A stretch of 63,291 nucleotides of DNA, counting the filler, from Octopus bimaculoides (Eukaryota): the NCBI RefSeq assembly GCF_001194135.2. It is 6 parts of 6 records of this genome, joined end to end, with 100 filler letters (N's around TTAATTAATTAA, not from the genome) between each part and the next. Parts side by side here need not be neighbours in the genome. Positions count along the whole stretch, not along the records: positions 33,502 to 56,942 come from NC_068988.1; positions 57,043 to 63,291 come from NC_068986.1; 4 more parts are not named here. One strand, given 5' to 3'. How positions within the stretch are numbered: position 1 is the stretch's first letter; each line of letters opens with the position of its first letter. The notes below the pieces were generated by a model that was not told where the DNA came from, made no database searches, and was given only the letters and a program-made list of their open reading frames with translations. Below are positions 49,561-63,291 of the stretch, piece after piece. The translations under genes were made by a program, and so were the position numbers.

Positions 49561-52522
49561 GATAAGTTAAAACGAGTGAACTATCCGATTTCCAATGAGG
49601 TAAACATTTTAGAGTGCTGAAGATTTGAAACCAGAAGTGGATCAACTTCGAATCAAATAAAAATCACATATAACTAGGTCTTACCTAGTTGAACAAGGGC
49701 ATTATTAGGTCCTTATGCCCATCCCTTGTACACTCACTCACACATACATGTGTGTGTGCGTATGTCTACCTATGCATATATGTGCTTGCTCATCATCTTT
49801 ACGGTTCGTGCTTTGCGTACATCTGTAGTTAAAGATCTGCTCCTTCCAGACTATGCCGGTAAAAATATTTATCTTCATATGCTTTAGAACGAATCTTTGT
49901 GTGTATCTGTTGCGGTACACACGATGATACACTATGAAAACATTTCGAGAATTGAAAATGATTAAAGATTACTGGAAAAAGACCTGTTAGCCTGCAAAAT
50001 TTCTTGTCCACCCTTAATATAATCCCTCCTTCTAAGGCGGCGTACTGGCAGAATCGCTATAACGCCGGGCAAAAATACTTAGCGGCATTTCGCCCGTCTT
50101 CACGTTCTGAGTTTAAATTCCGCTGAGATAGATTTACCTGTTTTGTCCTTTCGGATTTGTTAAAATAAGTACCAGATGCCTACTGAAGTCGATGTAATCA
50201 ACTTACCCGCTTTACCGAAATTTCTAACGTGGTGAAAAATTTTAAACCGATATCATCCCTCCTTCTTCTATCGAAGGGGAGGGAACCTTTAGTATCAAAA
50301 CTGCAATATAATTTGGGATACAACACTATCAATAATATATGATTTTTAACCATTTTGATTGAAATATTTTTTAGTATTTGAGTAAATTTTATTACCGTTT
50401 TCTATTTCGTAAATTGTTAAAGATTTCCACGCAAGTACACATTTTTATTTTATATTCTAATGGAATTATTATTTTCTAATGGAATATTCATAACTATTGC
50501 CTTCTAAGTATACACGTTTGTGAATGACTTTTAAAAAATATAGTTAAAAGAAAATGAAATATTAATATTGGCGTCTATTCTCGAAAAATTCCTGGGAATA
50601 CGAGAATAATTTTTCATACTCCCTATCTGCCGAGAATGATCAGTTCCAGGATTCGGAGAACTAAGAAACCACAACTGCAACATCGGTGACTATGATTGAT
50701 TCAGCTTCAAGAGGCTTTCCCACCTCCCTGTCTTTCTGACACTCTTCTCTCTCTCTCTTTCTTTCTGTCTGTGTCTCTGTCTCTTTCAGTCTGTCTGTCT
50801 CTCTCTATTTGTATCTCTCTCCCTCTTACTCTCTCTCTCTTCCATCATACATACCCACACACACACATACATTGTTCACACAAAGTAGCTGAGCTGTCTC
50901 TTGGAGTATAGCTGTACAAATGTTTCTCTTGTAAACAAGTCCGGGCTTGTCATCTCTTCATCTCTAATACTACAGGTGATTCATCATCCAGTAACTGTCA
51001 TCTCTCCATCGCTTACCTTTTGTATTTGTCTTTATTAATGTAGTTTTATATTCATTTGTTCTTAACTGTGTACTTTTTATTAGTCTGTTATCCTTTTCAG
51101 TATTCATTTAATAGCACTGAACTGTCAGTGAATCCTTTGTAAACTATACACGCCTATTGAGTAAGCTTCCCTTGTTGAGATAACAGCGTAGTAGAATATA
51201 TGGTTACTCACTCTGCTAGAAATAGAAATTGAAAATTTCCCCACATTATAACTTAACATCATAAGGGAAAGAACTGTAAACCTAAACTAAACTAGGGTTG
51301 AGAAATGATGTGATGGTAACGACTGAAGAAACATCTTTTTCCTTGGTCTATTAGTCCTGACTTAAACAACAACACGGAGAAGCTCCCGATAGAGGTTGTT
51401 CGATTTGCTGGAAATAGCAAGTAAATCTCCTGAAAAGAAACCCTGTTTCTTTCAAAAGAATAAAAGTAGGCATGGGTAACAAAAATATGAGAGGGTCATA
51501 ACTGGAATCCCTTTGATCCTAAACCTGTTCAAAAAAGTAAAATATAGAGCTAACTAAACAAGGATAACAACAACAACAACATAAGTAGCAATTCTTAGTA
51601 TGTCTCTCATAACTCAAAAATCGTCAGACATATTGAAACATTCGTTATTCTCTATACAAGTCTTATGTAGCGGTGGGTGCTTTTGTGGTGGTGTTCTTAA
51701 TTTGGGAGGCACTATAGCACTCAACAGGCATCTATGTCATAAAAATGCCAAATTCCGGGTTCAATATCATGGATGAAAGATATGTAAATATCTGGATGTA
51801 ACTGGATCGAAACCAGAAATCTTCATTTCGAAATTACCACAAAAGCGTTTCTCTGAAATGCACCATTGATGTATGTAATGTGTAGGTGGCCTTTTGGTTA
51901 TTTAGTTACATCCCTTACTTATATTTAAACTTCTTTGTCTGACATTTACAGTTATTCTCCAGATATTTGCCTTTAAAAAAATAAATGAAAAAAAAACCTA
52001 TTCATTTGGGATTTTAACAACAGCTATAATTCTCCATTCAGTAATTCCTTCTAAGAATGAAGCTTTCTATCTTTTCTTCCAACACACACACCAGAAGTAA
52101 AGATATGCCTCACTGGTTAAATAAACAGTCATGCGAAATATAGAGTAATATTTAAAAGGAAATTTATATAAAATTCACATTTTCTTTAAGTGCTAATCTC
52201 TGGACGAGAAAATCAGTTGTTATTCTTAATATTTCTTCAAAGAGAAAATACTCCCTGAAATAAACTTTCATACATGTGAGTATGTATGTATGTATATATA
52301 TATNNNNNNNNNNNNNNNNNNNNNNNNNNNNNNNNNNNNNNNNNNNNNNNNNNNNNNNNNNNNNNNNNNNNNNNNNNNNNNNNNNNNNNNNNNNNNNNNN
52401 NNNNNNNNNNNNNNNNNNNNNNNNNNNNNNNNNNNNNNNNNNNNNNNNNNNNNNNNNNNNNNNNNNNNNNNNNNNNNNNNNNNNNNNNNNNNNNNNNNNN
52501 NNNNNNNNNNNNNNNNNNNNNN

Positions 52523-52566
<44 letters not shown>

Positions 52567-52778
52567 GGTGTGTAATGTACCGTTTTGTTATTAGTAGGTG
52601 CAACAAAAGAAGTCCTACAACCAGCGAGATATAAATAGTAAGTTGCAGGATATTACATAGCACGCTAAACTATAGGAAACTTATAGCATCATAGTTATAA
52701 ATACTGTGTCTATGTATGTGCAGATTTGTATACTTTATGTATGTATTTTCATGTATATAGTTTCATATCTAGACATGC

Positions 52779-53065
52779 TTATATATATTTAAATGATAAA
52801 CTCCTTGAAAGTTTTACAGCTAAAGTGATTAGATTTGTAGTCCTACGAATTAGCTTTCTCCTTTCTGGTTTTGAGAAGACTAACTTCTCAAGATTGGTAC
52901 TTAGGCGGTGTGTTACATATACCAGGGCCCCAATAGTTATAGATATAAACCTGAACTTGCAATCTGGATAGAGCAGCTGCAGATTTCTTAATAGTTCAGC
53001 ATAGGTATTCTCTTTTTCACTGATCTTCAGGTTTTTGTTAACATCCGCTAGGCGGCTGATTTCCA
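52779..53065 (-). pseudogene. R4/Dong-like LINE C-terminal REL endonuclease remnant
   Basis: EISRLADVNKNLKISEKENTYAELLRNLQLLYPDCKFRFISITIGALVYVTHRLSTNLEKL fits the REL end motif IS.P.D.N..K..EK..Y..L....IGALG. Confidence 0.7.
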
Positions 53066-53071
53066 TGTATG

Positions 53072-53105
<34 letters not shown>

Positions 53106-53352
53106 TGTATGTATGTATGTATGTATGTATGTGTGTGTATGTATGTATGTATGTATATGCATACACATACACACACACACATACATATATATTTTAATAT
53201 TATCATTTAATAATAATATTTGATATTTTACGATATTTTACATATTATATTCATTGAAGAAATATGTCTTCAAAATATAACATTAAACCGGGGTATCTTG
53301 GATAAAATATACGTATAGGAGGTTTAAACATCCTTATGGTGACTAAATGTAA

Positions 53353-53388
<36 letters not shown>

Positions 53389-53389
53389 G

Positions 53390-53560
53390 GAAACAGGCAC
53401 AAGCGTAGCTGTGTGGTAAGAAACTTGCTTCCCAACTACATGGTTCCAGGTTCAGTCCTACTACGTGGCACCTTGGGTAAGTGTCTTCTACTATAGCTTC
53501 AGATCGACCAAATCCGTGAGTGGATTTGGTACACGGAAACTGAAAGAAGTCCGTCGTATA
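53390..53560 (+). mobile_element. SINE family A head
   Basis: gtagctgtgtggtaagaaacttgcttccc..ggttccaggttcagtcc..cttgggtaagtgtcttctactatagc..ggaaactgaaagaag followed by a TA tract. Confidence 0.8.
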
Positions 53561-55200
53561 TATATATATATATATATATATATNNNNNNNNNNNNNNNNN
53601 NNNNNNNNNNNNNNNNNNNNNNNNNNNNNNNNNNNNNNNNNNNNNNNNNNNNNNNNNNNNNNNNNNNNNNNNNNNNNNNNNNNNNNNNNNNNNNNNNNNN
53701 NNNNNNNNNNNNNNNNNNNNNNNNNNNNNNNNNNNNNNNNNNNNNNNNNNNNNNNNNNNNNNNNNNNNNNNNNNNNNNNNNNNNNNNNNNNNNNNNNNNN
53801 NNNNNNNNNNNNNNNNNNNNNNNNNNNNNNNNNNNNNNNNNNNNNNNNNNNNNNNNNNNNNNNNNNNNNNNNNNNNNNNNNNNNNNNNNNNNNNNNNNNN
53901 NNNNNNNNNNNNNNNNNNNNNNNNNNNNNNNNNNNNNNNNNNNNNNNNNNNNNNNNNNNNNNNNNNNNNNNNNNNNNNNNNNNNNNNNNNNNNNNNNNNN
54001 NNNNNNNNNNNNNNNNNNNNNNNNNNNNNNNNNNNNNNNNNNNNNNNNNNNNNNNNNNNNNNNNNNNNNNNNNNNNNNNNNNNNNNNNNNNNNNNNNNNN
54101 NNNNNNNNNNNNNNNNNNNNNNNNNNNNNNNNNNNNNNNNNNNNNNNNNNNNNNNNNNNNNNNNNNNNNNNNNNNNNNNNNNNNNNNNNNNNNNNNNNNN
54201 NNNNNNNNNNNNNNNNNNNNNNNNNNNNNNNNNNNNNNNNNNNNNNNNNNNNNNNNNNNNNNNNNNNNNNNNNNNNNNNNNNNNNNNNNNNNNNNNNNNN
54301 NNNNNNNNNNNNNNNNNNNNNNNNNNNNNNNNNNNNNNNNNNNNNNNNNNNNNNNNNNNNNNNNNTATATATATATATATATACATATATATACATAGAC
54401 GGTTTAGATATAGATTCAAGGTTGAATATGGTACTTATGCGTATGCACCCAAATATCGTATCCCAAAATGATAGCTGATCAAAATAAAAAAATAAGCAAC
54501 ACGGATTTCATAGGTGATTGCAGTACGCACGTTTCATGCTACTCCAGTTTATTTAAGTAATGCGAGCATTACATTAAATGCAATATGAAGAGCAATCTTC
54601 AGCTGTATGAAAATGCGGAAAATTACTGTAGAAAAGACATATTATAAATGTGGCAACATTTAAAATGCAAGTGGGAGAGAGAATACATAAAAATCCAAAT
54701 GTGAGGAAGAATACATAAGTCCATCTTGACATAGCCGAGTCTATCAGGCTAGTAATTGATTCTAGACAAAAATTTTAACTGTCTCAGATTTTATTGTTTC
54801 TTATCTAGTGGTGATAGCATAAGGGGCAATTACTTCTAAAGGGAGGGAAGGTGTAAGCAGTATGCATGGATTAGAATCTAAGGTTTCACTGGTCATAGTA
54901 GTATCAGGTCATTTTACTACTATCAAAATGTTGAGGAATTAATGTTGAGGAATTACTTAAATAAATTGGAATAGCATGAAACGTGCGTACTGCAATCACC
55001 TTTGAAATCCGTGTTGCTTATTTTTTTATATATATATACTCACACACATATACATATATATATATATATATGTGTGTATATATAAATATACATATATACA
55101 CATATATATACATATATATATACATACATATATGTATTCATACATATATACACATATATACATACATTCATACATATATATATATATATGTATATATATA

Positions 55201-55550
55201 TGTTTATTTTTGTTTTTTTGTTGTAGTTTCAGCTCAGAGCTGCCGCCATGCTGATGTACCGACGTTTTGCTACACTGTTATTACTGAGATCCTCCTCCAA
55301 TATGTGGTACTTGGGGAAGAATGGAGTTTGATGTAGCAATCCTCATTTGCACCTCTGTCTTTCACAGGAGAGTCCCAGATGAACTTACCTCACGGCAAGA
55401 GGTGCAAATGAGGGTAGCTACATCAAACTCCATTCTTCACCAAGTACCACATATTGGAGGAGGATCTCAGTAATAAGAGTTTAGCAAAACGGCGCTACAT
55501 CAGCATGGCGGCAGCTCTGAGGTGAAACTACAGTAAATAAAGAAAAACAT
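55201..55550. mobile_element. ~350-bp fold-back element / MITE
   Basis: Arms 55201-55356 and 55398-55550; 8 mismatches counted over the ~134-bp core. TA repeats on both sides. Confidence 0.8.
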
Positions 55551-56354
55551 ATATATATATATATANNNNNNNNNNNNNNNNNNNNNNNNNNNNNNNNNNN
55601 NNNNNNNNNNNNNNNNNNNNNNNNNNNNNNNNNNNNNNNNNNNNNNNNNNNNNNNNNNNNNNNNNNNNNNNNNNNNNNNNNNNNNNNNNNNNNNNNNNNN
55701 NNNNNNNNNNNNNNNNNNNNNNNNNNNNNNNNNNNNNNNNNNNNNNNNNNNNNNNNNNNNNNNNNNNNNNNNNNNNNNNNNNNNNNNNNNNNNNNNNNNN
55801 NNNNNNNNNNNNNNNNNNNNNNNNNNNNNNNNNNNNNNNNNNNNNNNNNNNNNNNNNNNNNNNNNNNNNNNNNNNNNNNNNNNNNNNNNNNNNNNNNNNN
55901 NNNNNNNNNNNNNNNNNNNNNNNNNNNNNNNNNNNNNNNNNNNNNNNNNNNNNNNNNNNNNNNNNNNNNNNNNNNNNNNNNNNNNNNNNNNNNNNNNNNN
56001 NNNNNNNNNNNNNNNNNNNNNNNNNNNNNNNNNNNNNNNNNNNNNNNNNNNNNNNNNNNNNNNNNNNNNNNNNNNNNNNNNNNNNNNNNNNNNNNNNNNN
56101 NNNNNNNNNNNNNNNNNNNNNNNNNNNNNNNNNNNNNNNNNNNNNNNNNNNNNNNNNNNNNNNNNNNNNNNNNNNNNNNNNNNNNNNNNNNNNNNNNNNN
56201 NNNNNNNNNNNNNNNNNNNNNNNNNNNNNNNNNNNNNNNNNNNNNNNNNNNNNNNNNNNNNNNNNNNNNNNNNNNNNNNNNNNNNNNNNNNNNNNNNNNN
56301 NNNNNNNNNNNNNNNNNNNNNNNNNNNNNNNNNNNNNNNNNNNNNNNNNNNNNN

Positions 56355-56389
<35 letters not shown>

Positions 56390-56699
56390 ATGTGTATACG
56401 CGAAAATGTCGAACGATGAAAATTAGTGCTCAGTGAAGCACTGGCGGATATAATTTCTTTATTTGTGAATTAAGTTTACCGATAGATTCATGTTAAGAAA
56501 AGTAGGAAAATATTCTAGTGTCTTAATTTTTCAAGCGGATCACATAGAGATATGTCTTCGCGTCTATTTTCAAATATATATACATACATACATATATATA
56601 TATTAGAAATGCAGAGACGCCTATAATAGGACATCTACTCGCTAGAAATAGCAGCAAACATACTACATACCACAAAAGTTAGGGATAATTTCGAAAGGA

Positions 56700-56942
56700 A
56701 AATGAAAAATAAAAACTTTTACCAATCTATATTCTGTACCATGGTTTCAAGTCAATTTTAGTAAGATAAAGATTAGACATAAAAACACGAACCATGCTGC
56801 GTACTGATTCGTGCTTCATATGTTGTCTGGTCAATTCTGCTGACGATAGTCTGACCTTGTAAGATATAATCTTTATCTTACTAAAATTGACTTGAAACCA
56901 TGGTACAGAATATAGATTGGTAAAAGTTTTTATTTTTCATTT
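56700..56942. repeat. Perfect 76-bp inverted repeat with 91-bp spacer, ending at a contig edge
   Basis: 56700-56775 is the exact reverse complement of 56867-56942. Confidence 0.9.
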
Positions 56943-58458
56943 NNNNNNNNNNNNNNNNNNNNNNNNNNNNNNNNNNNNNNNNNNNNTTAATTAATTAANN
57001 NNNNNNNNNNNNNNNNNNNNNNNNNNNNNNNNNNNNNNNNNNATATATATATATATAGATATATAGATATATATGTATATACACATGCATACATACATAC
57101 ATACGTAAAACATATATGAAGCTAATTTATTCCTTTTCTCGAAATTAAAACTTCGACTGAAATAATCAGTCAAAGAATTAATATTGACATATTACAATCA
57201 GCAGTTTAGTGGTTGACTCATTAATGGCTTTAATTTGTTGAAAATTACCAGCAAATTTATTAAGTATATCTATTCATCAGTTTGTTCACTAATTGATGTA
57301 GAGGTAGCAGTAAAAGAGATTAATAGAATGACCTCAATGCCAGAAGGTAGCCTAACACAGGCAAGTGAATATAACAAGTTTTTACTTATGTTTTGAATTC
57401 TCATGAATGCCATATTTATATGAATATGATCAAATGTTTCTTCAACTTCTCATACAAACGAAATAGAAAAAAAATATAATGTAGATTTATTTAAAGCAAC
57501 CCCTTTTTTGAAAGAAAACGTGGCTATTCACAGGAGGTCAATACTTATTTAAGATATATTTCTGTAGTGGCATCATTGATTGATTGAATACGGCGAACAT
57601 CAGAGAAGCTATTAAGAAGTTTAACTAACACACCAATTATGTATGTATGTATGTATGTATGTATGTATGTATGTATGTATGTATGTATGTATCTATCTAT
57701 CTATCTATCTACATACACATAGTATATATATGTATATGTATGTATGTCTCCATGAATGTATTTATGTATGTATGTGTTTATGTATGCATGCATATATGTA
57801 TGGATAAGAATATATATGTGTATGTCAGTGCATATGCGCATGAGTGTATGTTTGTGTGTGTGCGCGAGTGCGTGTGAAGTAAGATAGACATTGGTATGAA
57901 ATCACACGAGGAAGGCATGAGCTATTTTCCAGAAGTGCGCTTTTAACAGATATTTTTCTTGCTCTCCTTGTCTAGTGTGGGAATATAATCAAATATGATG
58001 CTAAGTAAATGAATGAGATGAGATGAAAAGAAATTACGAATGAAAAGCGAAAAAAAAACAAAAAAATTCTTGCCTTGAAGAACACTCCTTAAAAATGATT
58101 CTAGATCAACCATTATTTTTTTCCATTATCCCATTTAGAATTTAAAAAAAAAATCAAACAAACAAAATTCCAGGCATTGCACTTCTGTGTAATAGACACA
58201 AATACACACTCACGTACATACGCACGATTATTGAAGCTATTAGTTGGGATTGCATTTGCGACTGCTTATTATGAACTCAAAGATTAAATATCCCGCAAGA
58301 AAACGGTTGATTATTATTGCTATTATTATAGAGGATTCGTCTTTAAGCCTTTGTAGACGAGGAAGTGATGGGTGTACATTTGAGAAATCTTTAGATATGT
58401 GCTTTAGGTGTTATAATATATATATATGTGTGTGTCTGTGTATACATTTGTGTGTCTG

Positions 58459-58502
<44 letters not shown>

Positions 58503-61500
58503 GTTTCTGTTTTCAATTTAAGGCTTTAAGATAGATGATACAATGATGAATTAGATATTTAATTTTATAGCCGCTGTAGAAAAATTGGATCCCGTAAGGA
58601 CCTCCCGATCCAATCATAGCACACGGTATAATGTTTAAGCATATCATTATTGTGTGGTAATACTTGAAATAATTTTTTTCAAAATACGTTTAATTAGAGT
58701 GTATAATATATTTCATTAAAAACTTGTCACTGGGCAAATTAGAACACCACCACCTTGCGAATATCACACTGTGTTCTCTGATAAATAATTTACTCTATGA
58801 CTAATACCGTTCTTGTTGTTCACTCGTCCAAAAGTTATACCTCTGTCATTGTAGATGGAAACTAATGATGATCTAGTAAATAACTTGGCAAATGGTCAGA
58901 GGCTCGTATATCTTCAGTAGCGCTGCATATGTATATGACAAAGATATTTATGTCGCAGATAATCCAATTAATTTAACGGTGCATAGGTATCGTAATATAA
59001 GAATATTTCCCCATTCAAAACTACCATAAGACTGTAATATCGACAAATAATTTGTTAGATTACAGTATTGTGTTGAACCTGTGAGTAGCTGAAACTGGAA
59101 TTAGTTTGGGCTTTGCCAAATTGACTCAATAAATATGATGATAAAAGCAATCTTCAGTGGTATTCCAATGATCAAAGAAGTAACTGTATTCAACATTGTC
59201 ATCAATGTAGATGGATTGTCTATAGATTCTGTGTTTTTGTCGTTCTAATTAAAGGAGAAGCGGAGTCACTTTACTATCAATTCACCATTTAATCATAATT
59301 GAGTGTTTTAGAAAACAAAACAAAATTATCTCTAAATGATATAATGCTACGATTTTAACTACGTGCACATGGTGAGATATTTAAATACGATTTTTGACAC
59401 GACTTTAAGATCTTCAAGATTTATCTGAGTGCTAGGGTTCTTGATATTTAGTCCTCTAACATATTTAAAGAAACTCAGGTAAAAATGACGATTCCTTTGG
59501 ATGAGATTTCAGTATTAGGATAAAATATGCGTTTCTCTTACGCACTAGCGGAAAAATACTACTCAAATTATGAATAGTCATATTTATTTCGGGGCTGAGT
59601 GTAAATCAATTACATTGACCTCACTGCTCAACTGGTACTTATTTTATCGACCCCGAAAATATGACAGACAGAGTCAACTCAGAACGTGAAAACGGACGAA
59701 ATGCCACTAAACATTTTGCTCGGCGTTCTAACAATTCTGTCAGCTCATCGCCTTACTATAATGACCAGTCATATTGACTTTAAGGACAGGTGGAAACATT
59801 TTTTCCAGGTAAAATAGCTATAACTCTAAATCTGCATCAAGGACTCTTTTTGTCGAGATATTATGATATAATGCTATAAATCAATAAAGTTCTATTTTCT
59901 CAGTAAACCACAAAATTTTTAATTTTTAGTGCTAATTATGAGGCAAAGCGATGCGCGGAGGATAACGTCTCCTGTCTAGAGAAACAATACAGTGTTTGTA
60001 GGGGTTTGAATCTTAGAACTGTCATAGTTCAGGAGCATAAATATCTTTGATATAAAGTATGATTACCTCTCCCTGTGTGTTCTGTAAAAAACATCGTTCA
60101 GTAATAGTTGTTTTTCCTTTTGCGATTCTGGGCGTTTCCAATAGTTTTGCTCTTAAAATTTAATCCTTTAACATTTAAACCGGCCATATAGTGCCAAATT
60201 ATTCCACCTGTTTTATGTTCAAAATGGCCAGATCTGGACTCTCTTACCAACCTAACAATATCATTCTAAAGATTACTTGTTACCTTATCAAAATCTCAAA
60301 GCTACAAGATAATGCATGATTAATACAAAGGAATGAAAATAAATAAGCATTACTTTTGATAGAAAAATGTGAATACTAAAGGGTTAAAGAGCAAAGTGGT
60401 AATGAAAAAAAACTTAGAGCCACACAGTTTTTAACAGCGAAAATTTCATTAAAATTTCTTCAGAAATTCAAAAAAATTATTCCACTAGTTGCCTTAGCTT
60501 CGTAAAGTAACACGTATACCGGTGCATCACACGGTCATAAGAAAACGTAATCACAAAAGCAGAGTACACATACGTACATGCATATATACATGCATAAACA
60601 TATGTGTGTATTTACCCCAATGTTTCCGTGTCTGCAAGTATGAGCACAGGCAATGCTGTGTGCTTAAGAAGTTCGCTTCGAATCTCATGCTTTCTGGGTT
60701 CTTCTACTCTATTGTGTCTTCTACTCTATTGTGTCTTCTACTCTATTGAAATAAAATTACTGCTATACATATTCACGAACAAAATACTAAGAACCAGCAT
60801 AAAAACAGTTAAATAAAATGAATAAATATAAATACGTTCGGATGTACATCACTATACATATATTTACATTTATGTGTATTCCTGTTTTGGGTGACAGCTT
60901 TCAATAGCCCTTTTATCCTCTCCTTTCACCTGTCACCAATACTTGACTGCTACAACCTCTTTAACGTGCCAACACCCAACATACCTAACACACGCTTCTT
61001 CTGTTACTTCGTTCCCTTCACGGTCTACTCTTCCTCAAAACAGAAACATTTTGTTCCTTCCGTTATTTTCTATTTCGAAAACTGCGTTACGTCAAACTTC
61101 TTGTTTCTCACAGTTATTTCCTCTCCGTGGATTTTACAAGATTTTTTTAATGCTTGTTATCTCTCCTCCTTTTTCGATTTTACCACTTCTTACCATTCCC
61201 TGGATATCGATTACTTTCTCCGGACATTTATCATTGTGTGATTTTTACCAATTTAAAAAAATTTTCGTTTCTTTACAGACTCCCCACCTTTTTCTCTCTA
61301 CTTCAAATTTTAGTTTAAACATTTCTTCTTTATTACAAAATATTTTCACGCCCCTTCGCACTTTTGTTAACACTTGCACACACATCAACAACACCTTCCA
61401 CGTTGTTCTTACCTCTTTCCAACCCATGTGCTTTACCAATGTCTTTATTCACTCACTCGCGCACCTGCTCTCACCTCATAGCAAACATTATTTTACACCA

Positions 61501-63194
61501 CCCACCGATTAATTACACAGACACAATATCCCGCACCCTAATAACCAACGTTGCTATACTCACATCCTTCTATACTCGCTCATACGCCACACTAACGTGC
61601 ACAGCGCACACATTACCTGCTTTCAGACAAATGTATACCTTCATACTTCCATTTTCACACCCACCTCTTTCTCCCCTCTTAACTCCTTTGATAAAATAGC
61701 ATTTTTACTAGGTTTCAAACACGCAACCTTCTATTTCTCACTGACTATTTTTCTTTCTAACTCATTTTATACTTCTCTATTTTATTTGTTCCGATAAAAG
61801 ACTAACACTCGAAAGGTTAAGGTAGTATCTCTTCCCATTAAAAGTGTTAAGCAAACATATTATTTGTCAAACCTTGTGCCTTCCATGTTATCCATTTATC
61901 CATTTTATTATTATTGTATTTATGCTGTGTGTATGGGTGTGTGTGTGTGTATGAGTGTGTGTGTGTTTGTGTATATGTATTTGTTAAGTATTTTCAGCTA
62001 AAATGCAGAGATGGAAAATGAAAGAGATAATATAGAATATATATCATACACACACATACATGCGAGCGCGCGCGCACACACACACATGTGTATATTGATA
62101 TTGGGAGAGAGAGAAGTGTTTTAGGGAAAGAAGAAACACATATCTGTAGCTTCAAGGGTGGAACCAGAAAACTATGTGAATGTATATAATGAGAAATTTT
62201 GAGTGTTGAGTTAATGTATCACGAAGCAAATTAACGTTTATACGAAGAAAATCCAAACAACTACGATCAATAAAATTGCAAGCTATTTCATTTACACATA
62301 AAATAACTTTGTTGCGGCGTGATCGCTGAAGAATCGTCTGCTTTGTCCAATTTTATATGAAACTTTGTTATGAAGGATTATCCTTAATATTATTTTAAAT
62401 TAAAATAAACTTATTTTTTGACAGCTTTTCTTAACTTCCTTATCTTTCTTGTCATAATGTTTTTTTATTGGTTTTTAAGTACTTTACATCGCATTATGTA
62501 GACAAATAAAAACAACAAAAACAAAAACAAAAAATGATACGATAATCATTTTCTAAATACAGCGGTGATTAGAGATAATCCAACAACGATGCGCATGCGT
62601 TACTTGATGTGGCTGTGAGTATGAGATTTCATCTAACGAAGTAGAATGCTAGAGAAGAGTTGCTAGGTTGCAATAGTTGAAGCATAAATGATCTTTCAAG
62701 TTAGATTCTATGGAAATTTCCTCCTCCCATACAGATAACTTATTGATTTCTTTCTCAATAACTGCAAATAGTAAAAGTTCGATCGAAAGAAATCACAATC
62801 ACTTGAATTAATCAAAGATTGAAAATATCCGTATATTTCAGAGATCGCATTCTTCAGTTACTTTTCCAGATTTCCATATCTGAAAAGCTTCTTTCACCCC
62901 TTTATACTTTGTGATTATGAGTTGACACAGGAGGTCAGAAAAAGCATCGCAATGAAGAAAAAGGAAGGGCCTTTTGATAACCTGAACTTCTCACTTAACA
63001 GACTGACAGGCAGACCGAAAAACACACAGATAGAAAGATTGCCAGTAAGGAAAATACCTTCTTAGACGTTTTGATGTATGTATGTATGTATGTATGTATG
63101 TATGTATGTACATATATACAAACACACATACGTTAGATATATATGGATGAATATGAGTGTGAGTGTATACACAAACACACACATACACAGACAC

Positions 63195-63254
<60 letters not shown>

Positions 63255-63291
63255 GTATAAATCAGTGTGGGTCTGGATGTGCGAATATATA

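Noticed and set aside
58580-59300. Coding-looking unique sequence
   Set aside because: All frames I translated are broken by stops within about 50 codons and I recognised no motif; cannot support a gene or pseudogene call.
62585-62625. NRF1-like TGCGCATGCG followed by a GTGAGT donor-like site
   Set aside because: A single motif with no supporting CpG-rich context or downstream exon; too weak to call.

Overview
AT-rich animal genomic DNA with very many microsatellites and N-gaps. The SINE families and repeat content suggest a coleoid cephalopod, probably an Octopus assembly (inference). Five 100-nt gaps carrying a TTAATTAATTAA linker split the window into about six separately assembled pieces, so neighbourhood across them is uncertain. 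Two protein-coding loci are well supported. (1) The first four coding exons of an aminopeptidase O (AOPEP/C9orf3, peptidase M1) orthologue lie on the + strand at 9915-15988, with all splice phases consistent. The catalytic HEXXH exon was not found in the window. (2) An intronless minus-strand gene at 17858-19678 encodes a 606-aa predicted secreted glycoprotein with an N-terminal CBM6/CBM35-like module and a C-terminal region I cannot assign; this is the most interesting unknown. The remainder is tRNA-derived SINEs (three families), decayed retroelements (Penelope-like GIY-YIG, HERO-like, R4/Dong-like REL, CR1/L2-like EN+RT, RTE-like tails), a Helitron 3' end, hAT and Tc1/pogo-type MITEs, several long fold-back hairpins and minisatellites. 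SINE copies inside AOPEP have lost their CpGs while copies outside keep them, which reads as a gene-body methylation footprint. No tRNA, rRNA or CRISPR features are supported.
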